Assembly (NCBI RefSeq): GCF_016433145.1
Contig: NC_058133.1
Span: 251,235,442 to 251,299,441 of the forward strand
Source: Gracilinanus agilis
Lineage: Eukaryota
Direction of reading: 5' to 3'
DNA: 64,000 bases
Shown: positions 34,716-44,281 of the stretch, one piece after another
Numbering within the stretch: position 1 is the stretch's first letter
Layout: each line of letters starts with the position of its first letter
Notes under the pieces: model-generated
What the model was told of the DNA's origin: nothing
Seen by the model: the letters and a program-made list of their open reading frames with translations, nothing else
Database searches by the model: none
Made by a program: the position numbers and the translations under genes

Positions 34716-36696
34716 ATGGCGACTTATAGCTTGGCGAACGAGCGGCTGCGGGCCTTGGAGGATATCGAACGCGAGATAGGGACTATCCTGCAGAGCGCCG
34801 GTACAAGTCGAGTTTAGGAGCGAGGCAGACTGACTTGCTTGCTGCACATGCGCTAAACCACTTGCTTCTCGTTCCTTATTCCAGAGTGGGGCGTGGAGGT
34901 CGGGGGGTGGGGACATGTGGGGCATTCCCGCCCCACCGAGCGCAATCTCGGCTTTCTCTCCTAGGAAATGTGATCCTGGAGCTGTCCAAGGAGAAAGCCA
35001 ACGAGAGACTGCTGGACCGGCAGGCGGCAGCCTTCACCTCCTCCGTGCAGCACGTGGAGGCCGAATTGTCGGCCCAAATCCGATACTTGACTCAAGTAGG
35101 TTCCCGGGAGAGGAAAGTGCCTGGGTAAAGTCGAAGGGTAGGGGCGGGATGGGGTAAGGGGGGATGCTGTCAGGGTCTGGGAGTTAGAATCGGAAGCATG
35201 GATTTGTGTAGTTGGTCGGGCAAGAGAAGGTGATGTTTAAAACCTCAGCAACCGGGGGCAGCTGGGTAGCTCAGTGGAGTGAGAGTCAGGCCTAGAGACC
35301 GGAGGTCCTAGGTTCAAACCTGACCTCAGACACTTCCCAGCAGTGTGACCCTGGGCAAGTCACTTGACCCCCATTGCCCACCCTTACCAATCTTCCACCT
35401 ATGAGACAATACACCGAAGTACAAGGGTTTAAAAAAAAATAAAATAAAATTTAAAAAATCAGCAGATGGCAAGAGAGAACAGCCTCTGCAATTCCACTAA
35501 AACCTCAGCAACCCAGGTAGATTAAACTCTTCAGCCTCATCTGTGACTATGAGGGAAAAAACAATGGGAGAAAGTCCGTTGTGCTAGACTTTCCCCTCAA
35601 ATAACCCAAAACCGAATGGAGGCCAAGAAACTGAGCGGTACGGCAGGCTTCATCCGAGAAATGGGCACAAATTCTATGACTTCAGCTTTGACTACTCTAA
35701 AGTTCTGACTANCGAGAAATGGGCACAAATTCTATGACTTCAGCTTTGACTACTCTAAAGTTCTGACTACCTGGATGCCATGGTTTGGAGTGCCTGGATT
35801 GCCAGGGGGAAGAAGGGCAGAGTTAGTTAATTTAATTAAGAAAGCTGTCGGATTTGGACCCAAAGACCAGTATTTGAGTCCAGGTTCTCCTAGAAAAGGA
35901 TTATCATATTATGGAAAGAGCTCTACATTTTTAGTCAAAACACCTGGGTCCAAATCCTGTCTTGATCATTTACTGTGTGACCCTGTGCAACTCATTCTGG
36001 GTCTCACTTCCCTCATTTGGAAAGGCCAGGAGTTGGACTAAATGACAGCATGTTATATAATAGGTAACACGTTGAACTTTGGACCCAGGGGAAAAAAATG
36101 TGATTTCAAGTACTGCCTCAGTTACTATTTGTGTGCTCATTAGGCAAATCATTTAACTGGTTAGTACTTTATTTTTCTCAATTGTAAAATTAGGGGATTG
36201 GATTATTTGGTCTTTAACAACCATTATAGCTCTAAATCTGTGATCCTATGACTTCTGACCTCCTTTCCAGCTCAAAGTCAATAAACCTAAAGCTGGAAAG
36301 CAATTGGAAGGATAGGTTTACTAAATTATAAGTTTCACAAAGTTAATGACTTGTATATTTTTGTATCATTCCCAGCATCTTGAACAGAATTTTAAACACA
36401 TAATTATTATTTTTTGAATAAACCAGCTGGATACCTAGAACTTGAAAAAGGATATAAAATGGGTTTGGATAGATGTCTGGATCCCTCCTGGGAATAATGT
36501 AGTAGGGTGTGATCTAGGGCAAAGATAAGAACCAACTGACTTTTATTTTCATTCTTAGGTAGCAACTGGCCAGCCTCATGAGGGTTCCAGCTATTCATCA
36601 AGAAAGGACTGCCAGATGGCACTGAAACGGGTAGATTATGCTAGATTGAAACTGAGTGAACTGGCACGAACCTGTGAACAGGTTCTGGAAACCTAA
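34716..36696 (+). CDS. MED11: Mediator subunit 11, 117 aa: exons 34716-34800, 34965-35095, 36559-36696
   Basis: 85+131+138=354 bp. Translation [121 protein letters not shown] introns. Confidence 0.97.
35254..35458 (+). mobile_element. Young SINE1_Mdo-type SINE in MED11 intron 2
   Basis: Full head GGGGGCAGCTGGGTAGCTCAGTGG, retains CpGs, A-rich tail. Confidence 0.93.
35655..35769. other. 57-bp duplication across a single N (35712): probable assembly overlap artefact
   Basis: 35655-35711 is repeated exactly at 35713-35769. Confidence 0.8.
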
Positions 36697-37027
36697 CACA
36701 GGGTAGAGATCCTTCCTTTTCCCTCATTTATAAACTTTCTTGTCTTGGACCAAGAGATTCAAAGACGTGATATTAAGTAAGAAGAATGAAGAGAAGGAGA
36801 TGGTATCCCACCAAATTCACCATTAAGAAAATCCATGGAAAAGACAAGAGATATGGCTTGCTTCAACCAAGAACTCAACACAAATTATCCTCTTTAACTA
36901 GGACTTGGATATCCTAATATACAACTTTTCTCTTCCACCCAGCATTTCTGTTTTCACATGATACTTTGGATTCTTCCTGCCATCTTGGTCCAGCGCAAGT
37001 ACACAAAATGGGAAAGAAGATCTGATT

Positions 37028-37036
37028 TTTAATAAA
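37028..37036. terminator. Overlapping poly(A) signals: AATAAA (+, MED11) and ATTAAA (-, CXCL16)
   Basis: TTTAATAAA lies between the convergent stop codons at 36696 (+) and 37438 (-). Confidence 0.55.
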
Positions 37037-37437
37037 CAAGATAAGCCTATATTTTCCATGCTTTATAGGGTAAAAGGGGCCAAGGGCATCTAATTAATCA
37101 GGGCATAAAAGGAGAAGAGGTGAATTCAAGTTTATATTAGGGGTAGAAAGGAGCAAGATAATATTCTGGGACTGGGGTGAGGAGCAAGGAAGAGTACATT
37201 AGCCAACTTGGTAGAAAGAGAATAAAGAACTATAGGGGGGGGAATATTGATGGGATATGCTTGGGAAATAATAAAATTGTGAAGCAGAAGAGAATGTCTG
37301 GGAGATATTGATTGCAGAATAGACTCAAATTAGAGAACAATCATCATGTTTAGTGAATACACAATGGCACAGGAGAAATTAATATAATCGTAGAATGTCT
37401 TGGAGAAAAACCTGTGTCCAGATAGCTGAAGCATGGC

Positions 37438-40400
37438 TCATATCAAGGAGTCAGACGGATTTGTCTCATAAGGGATTATCAGCTCAAAACCTAAAAGGAT
37501 GAGAGAGAAAGAAGTCTGGGCCTCTGAAGAATATAGGAGTTGGAGGCAGCATGTAGTGAGGGGTGTTCCTGAAGGCTTTTGAACTAGGCAACAAGTCCTT
37601 GTTCAGTCTCGGCCCTGCTTCTCTCCAACTTTACTCCCTACTCCTTCTTTCCTCTACTCTAGCAAAACTGACCTATTCATGGTCCCTAGAACCTGTCTTT
37701 TGTCTTTGTTCAAATAATACATCTGTCCTAGAATGTTTCTGTGCCTACTTTCTGCTTATCCAATTCTTATGCTTTTTCAAAGGCCCTTCTCATGTCATAT
37801 GTGATTCCTTTCCCAGCTGGCCCCATCTGTGCTACAATGACTGCCTCTACCATTTGGCACTTGGCCAATTATCCTTGTAGTGTTCAATATTTTTTTTAGT
37901 TATATGTCCTGTTTCCTTAGCCAGAAAATCAAAGACTGTCTTATAGCCTCTTTGAGTTCTCCTCAGAGGCCCAAATGGTACCCTGCATACAGTAGGCACT
38001 TAGCATGTGAAGATTATATGCAAGATTTAGCCATAAACTCAGTCAGAAAACCATTTATGGGCCTACCAGGCAGAGCCACTGACTAGCTTAGGTACTCTCT
38101 TTAGGTTGAGTCAGGAATTCTATTTCCTTTTCTTTAAGGTACTTGGGTAGGAAAGTGTGGTATAATGGGCAGAGCACTGTACTCTGAGTCAAGAAACCCG
38201 ACTTCAGCTCTTGCTTTTGCCACTGAATTGGAAGGAACTCTTAACTCCCTTGTAGAATTGAGAATAATGAGGCCCAGAAAGGAGAAATGATTTCATAACA
38301 TCCTATGAGCTTAGAAGGAACTTAAGAGGTCATCTAGTCCAAAGCCCTCATTTTACTAATGAGGAAACCTAGGCCCAAAGTCATCTAGTAACAAAGCCAG
38401 GATTTGAACCTAGTTCCCCTGACTCTAAGTCCAGTGCTTTTTGCAGTATGATAGGCAGCTTCTGAGATGAAGGATCAGGGACTGGGAAGGGAGATGGAAG
38501 GGCAGGTTCCCTTTGTCCTTGTTGCAACTGAGACTTATAGGCCCAGAATACTTGGATCCCTTGTTTACCTTTGGAGTGCTGCTTTAGAGATTGTCTAGCT
38601 CTTCTTTTCTGACACAAGACATAAACTAGAGCTGCCGTAAGGACAAAGACGATTGCAAGTAGGCACAAGACAGGTACGATGGGAGAGGTGCCCAGCTGCT
38701 CTATAGGCTTCTTCTCAGCTCCCCACTTTAGGTTTATGATGCTGGTGTTCTCTGGTGGGGCATTGGAGGTATCATTGAGATATCTATCCCTCATTCCTCT
38801 GGGCTGGGTTCTTGTTGACTGGTTGGGCTGGGAGAATGGGTGGGTGGTAGGGGTGAATGGAGGTAAGTGGTCCAGTCCTGGCAGCTCATTGCCTTGGGTC
38901 CTGGTGGTTGTGTAATCATCCTGTTTGGCCTGATTTGCAGATTGGTCTATCCTTGAGAATCCACATTCTGGGAAGACAAAATGAGAAAGTCTGGGAAACT
39001 GGAGAAAAAAGTGAAGAAATGGAAGTCAAGGAAGTATGGAGAAAGTGTGGGGTTGGAAGGAGGGCAAAAGAGGGGGTGTATATATAAAGGATATAACTCC
39101 TTACTCTAGTGTTGGCAGTAGTCTCCCCCTCCCCCCCAATCAGTCAACAAGCATTTATGAAGTATTTACTATATAAGAAACTTGTGCTAAGCTGAGATAG
39201 AAAGGAAAAGAAAAGAAAATAAATAAATAAAAAGAAAGTAAAAGTGAAAACCATTCCTGCCCTAAAGAAGCTGGCATTTTTTCCATTTTTTTATAAAACA
39301 AATTATATTACTCTCTTTTGTTTTTACATTTCCAGAATTTCTTCCAATACTTCCCTCTTCTCCCAGAGAGCCATTCCACATTACAAATAACATCTTTTTT
39401 AAGAAAAAGGAAAAATAGGGGGGAAAATCAGAAGGCTAAACAAGGCTAAAAATACATACAATATACCACATCCAGTCTACATCTGCAAAGGAATCAGGGT
39501 GCATATTATATCTTCTCTTTGGGGCTCTGCTTATTCTCTGTAATTTTGCAGTACTTCCTTTTGATTGCTTTTTGACTTTTTTACTCTTCATCTTATCATG
39601 TTAGTTTTTCTATGCTGCCCATGATCTTTTTTAAACCCTTACTTTCTGTCTTAGATCAATACTAAGTATTATTTCCAAGGCAGAAGAGCAGTAAGAGCTG
39701 GGCAATTGGGGTTAAGTGACTTGCCCAGAGTCACACAGTTAGGAAGTGTCTGAGGCCATATTTGGAGTTGGCTCTCAATCCACTGAACCACCCAGCTGCC
39801 CCTTCCCACAATCTCTTAACTGCTAAATCCAAGAGTCTTTTTCCCAGTCCTCATCCTTCTTGACCTATTCAGCATTTGACATTGTAGATCACTCATAGGT
39901 ACTCCCTCCTCAGGTTTTTGTGCTTCTTAGGTTCTCCTCTGACCAGATGATTACTTCTCAACTTTCTTTGCTAGATCATTCTCTATCCTTTCCCCATTGC
40001 CTGAATGTATTTCCATGGTTCTGTCCTGGGCCCTCTTCTCTACCATAGATTCATTTATTATCTCTGTTCAGATCATTTCTAAAACTCCAGTCAGTCCTGA
40101 CCTCCAAATCTCCGCCTAGCCTCCATCAAAAAGCCCATCTCAGGTGCCCCTTTCCTGATTAGCCTGGTTGTTGGTACCTTCCCCCCTGAAATTTATATTT
40201 ATTCAGAATGTTGTTCCCCCAGTAGAATGTGAGGTCAAGGACTGTTTCATTTTTTGTCTTTGCATGCTCAATCTCTATCTTACTGCCTAGCACATAGTAA
40301 GATTTCAATAAATGCTTGTTGAATTGCTTAATAAATGTTTATTAAATTTATTTGAGAAGAGAGAACTAGAAGGAAGCTATTAGCTTAGGGGGAGGAAGCA

Positions 40401-41981
40401 GAAAGGGAGACACTATTGAGTTGGAAAGACAAAAGAAAAGGGAGGGCGAGAGAACATTTAACTAATGTATAGAAGGAACTGAGGTTAAGGGATGAGAGAA
40501 CTCAATTAAAAAAAAAACAATACAGAGTAAAAAGAAAGCTGAAGAGAAATTATGTTAATGATAGGAAAGAGGGGGAAGGAGTTGTTTAGAGATAGGTGGA
40601 CTCTTACCATGGTTGTCAAAGCAAGTCTTAAGCTCCTGGACCCAAGTGTTTTGGAGACTTGCACACAGATTTCTTCTGGGCAGGCGAAACCTGGTTAGGA
40701 ATTGAGGAAGATATATATTGCCTCAGTTCCCAATCCCCTGTTTGTGTGAAACCTAGTTTATTCAGTTTGACCTTTTCTCATTCCTTTTTTTTTTCCTCCC
40801 AGAAGACATATTTTTATTTCCTGGAGCTACAGTGAATGGAAACTAAGTGTTGCCAATGCTGCTGTTTTCAACAGAGGTGAAAGGACTTTAATTAGTACTG
40901 GGGAAAGAAATATCAACATGATCACAAAACACACTGGGAAATAATCAACCTGATTCTAATATAAATTGTTTAGATAAGATGGCTCAAATTTTCCAACTCT
41001 GAAAAAATTGGTCTTTATAATTGTTATTGTTTTTACATTCATTTTCAATTCTTAATTCCCTTCCTCATTCCTAAGCAATGAGCATGACCCAGGAAACAGC
41101 CTAGGATTCCCCAGCTTCTGGGAGAGGCAGGGTTTCCATGGGGAGAAAGTTTCACAGAGCCTGGAGAGTTCTGGAAGGTACACATCCAGGGAAGGTCTGT
41201 TGGGAACAAAGCAGTTGGAGGGAAAAGGGGCGAGATGGGTATTACCTTATGTAGTTTCGGCAGTGTTCATATCCCCGTAGATGAGTAGTGAGTGATTTCC
41301 AAAGTGTAGAATCTAGAGACTCGGGAAGTTTCTGGTCACAATGACAGCTTCCTAAAATGCTGCCCTGGTTTCCTACGACTAAGGAAGAGGGAGTAGTAAC
41401 TTCCTCAGGACCCAAGAGTGCGACAAACCCCTCTCTAATTCCACTCACCACAACCACCGCCCCAGTCTATCTGTTCCCAAGAGCCAGGTGTCTTAACTGG
41501 GTCTCGGGTATCTTAAACAGCTCTCCCTTTCCGGCCCATCGAATCCACCGTTAACTTGGAAGATCCAAGAACGCCTTTCTCTCGTCCTCACTCAACCACA
41601 CACAAACTTTTTCTCGCAGAGTCCAGAACGCAGGCGACCAACCTGCCTCAGAGTGCCTACACTCACTAGGAGACCGGCAGACCGCCATTCAGCCCTTCTG
41701 ACTCGCGTCCCGGCAAGCCACCTTCCCCCTTGAACGCCAAAATGTCCGACAACCTCTTTGCCATCTAAGCCTTTTTGAGTCCTCTTGAACGCAAGCCCAT
41801 GAAGTACATGGGCACTTCACTCTCCCCACCCCCTGGGTCGTGCCACGACGTTTCCCCCAACTCTTTTCTCAACCTGTCTACCCCACGCTCCCCCAAATAA
41901 ACCAGAGCCATTCGTGATTCTCAAACCTGTCTGAAGTGTCGTCAGGAAAAAAACCACGCAAAGTGCCCAGGATCCTCTCAT
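37438..41981 (-). CDS. CXCL16: CXCL16 transmembrane chemokine, about 240 aa: exons 41927-41981, 41246-41378, 40608-40690, 38569-38967, 37438-37490 (an in-frame upstream ATG at 42023 is also possible)
   Basis: Signal peptide MRGSWALCVVFFLTTLQT; chemokine domain GNQGSILGSCHC...HLRGYEHCRNYIR/FRLPRRNLCASLQNTWVQELKTCFD/ECG; S/T/P-rich stalk; TM segment IVPVLCLLAIVFVLTAALVYVLC followed by QKRR; tail GFELIIPYETNPSDSLI*. The exons sum to 723 bp with consistent phases. The gene lies between MED11 and ZMYND15, as in human. Confidence 0.92.
39626..39802 (-). mobile_element. SINE1-type SINE in CXCL16 intron 3
   Basis: TTTTAAACCCTTACTTTC...GGGGTTAAGTGACTTGCCC...TCAATCCACTGAACCACCCAGCTGCCCC. Confidence 0.85.
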
Positions 41982-41999
41982 GCTCGGACGCCCTGGGAT

Positions 42000-42400
42000 G
42001 GCTAAATCCGTCCTTCTAGCCATAAACTGGCCGGAGCCGCTCCTAGAGCGGGGGGCGTGGTCCTAAAAATCCTCTCACTGGTCCCCGCCCCAGTCTCCAG
42101 ACTACAAATTCAGAGAAAGGGATCTCTGACTTAAAAGTCTCCTTTCCTTCACTAGACTGAGTTGTTAGGTCATCTTTGGTTTCGATAGACTACTAAAAAA
42201 AAAAAAAAAAAGAAGTGACGACATCTGCCTCCCTGGCTGAGAAGAGAATGTCGTAGGAGGGCATGAAGACCACAAGGCAGATACCGAGTTTGAGGAGAAA
42301 AGGAAACTCAGAAACATGTAGGGACTGGCAGGCAAATGGAGAAAGGTCCGTCAGGAGCTGAAACTTGGTGTTGCTGAGCCTGGGAAATTCCCACCATTTC
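42000..42400 (-). promoter_or_regulatory. CXCL16 upstream region with GC boxes, SBS-like motif, ISRE and NF-kB site
   Basis: GGGGGCGTGG and CCCCGCCCC boxes, GACTACAAATTC near 42100, GAAAAGGAAACT at 42297-42308 and GGGAAATTCCC at 42382-42392. Confidence 0.6.
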
Positions 42401-43560
42401 CCCCAAATACTAGTCTGTCAGTGCCTAGAGAGCTGGAATGGGCGGGGAGTGCGAGATTTGGAGGGAAGGACCACAAGGAACCTGGGGTCCTTCGCAGACA
42501 GATCTTAATGCCCCAAGGCACTTTCACTTCCTTCCCACCCCCACCCCCCCCCCCCCCCGTCAGTAAACTGGCACTCTCTAGCCTGGAGAGAAGAAATACA
42601 GAATCAAGATTTGGCTGCTTCCCAGCGAAAAGAGACAACTAGGAACTTTTAAGTGCCCCACACCTACGATATCGCTGATGGATCTGGAAATTGGCCGCAA
42701 TTATTTTGGAAAACTCTTTGGAGTCATATAAGAGAAGTCTTCAAGAGCTGTTCATACCCTTTAACCCATCGATCCCACTAATCAAATTCAAAGGTCCCAT
42801 ACGTTTCAATATTCATAACAAGACCCTTTATGGTGGCAAAAACTTGGTAACAAAGCAGGTGCTCGTTATTTGAGGGATTTTTTTTTTCTTTTCTAAAATC
42901 GGTACCTTCCGTCTTAGAATCAGTTCAAGATAGAAGAGCAGCAAGGGCTAGGCAGTCGGAGTTAAGCAACTTGCCCAGGGTCACACAGCTAGGAAGTATC
43001 TAAAGCCAGTTTTGAAACTAGGTCCTCCTGACTCCTCCCGTGATACTGTGCTACCTAGCTGCCCTGGGAATTTTTTTTTAAAGATGATACATGGATATAA
43101 AAGAATATTATTGTGCCTTAAGTTATGATAAATATGAAATACTCAGAAATTTGGAAAGACTAACAGATGAAAGACAGCAGACAAAAAAAAATACATAATA
43201 ATGACTGTCATTGTAAATGGATCCAGCACTTAGATCAAATGCAATCAATTGTCAATATTAGTTACAGATAAGGGATAATGATGATGGAAATTTTACTTTC
43301 CTCTTAGTAGAGAACTGGAGGGCTGTAAGTGCATAATGTTACATATTCTCAGTTAAGGTTGCCAGTTATCAAATGCCTTTGTTATAAGGGACAGCATAAT
43401 GGGGAAAGGAGGATTATTGGAAAGTAACTGTAGAGTAAAAAATAATGCATTCAGAGGACATTTTTAAAAATAAAAGAAACAACTGCACATGAATGTTAGC
43501 CCTAGAAGACTCTGGGCTCGGCTGTAGAGGGAGTCTACCCTCCAGATGGGGGTGGGGCAT

Positions 43561-43661
43561 TCTGCGCGAGATTGCCCGGTCTAGGTTGGGGGGAACGTGA
43601 TGTCACAGCCCTCCCCCACACCACCACAGTATTTACCTTCGAACAGAGACGGCCGCTGCAG
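43561..43661 (+). other. ZMYND15: Probable non-coding first exon / promoter of ZMYND15
   Basis: Local CpG cluster ending in a strong donor GCAG|GTAAGA (43661/43662). The coding exon is preceded by a polypyrimidine acceptor CCTTAG| at 44276, 5 nt before the ATG. The exon's 5' boundary is uncertain. Confidence 0.5.
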
Positions 43662-44281
43662 GTAAGAGAGGCACGGTGAGGGAGAAATATGGGAAAGACA
43701 GAGACCCCATCCTCATCCATTTAGGCATAACCATTCATTCAACCCAAATCTGATCTAGACGCTGGACGACCTGGCCCTTTGCCCTCTATTTTCTATATAG
43801 ACCGTTATGAAATTCACCTTTCTTGATGTTTTCCCAGGTCTTCCTACTACAAACAAAAACAAACAAACAGCCCAGAATGAAATAGTTCCCACCCTAGATT
43901 CAATTTTTGGATTTAATTCAATCTCTACTAGCTTCTATCTCCAGCTCCTATTCTCAGCAGCTAAAATCCCCCTATTTACAGCCTCCATTCCTAGCCCTAA
44001 ATAGTGACCCTCTAAATAGAGTCTGATGCTAAACCATATCCATGCTTTGTCCAACTCCTCCTTCTGCACTTCACACTCTATGCTACTATCTCGAAGAGCC
44101 CTATCCATGGCCCTGTTCTCTATCCATTCTCTAGTTTTAATCCTAGTGACCCCAGCCCAACCCTCAATCATATAATCCTAATACTCATTCCATCCCTACT
44201 CCACCTCCAGAGCTTCACTCACTGTCACTGTGTCCCTTTCCCCCTCTGTGACTTGATTTTTTCCTTGTTCCCTTAGAAATC

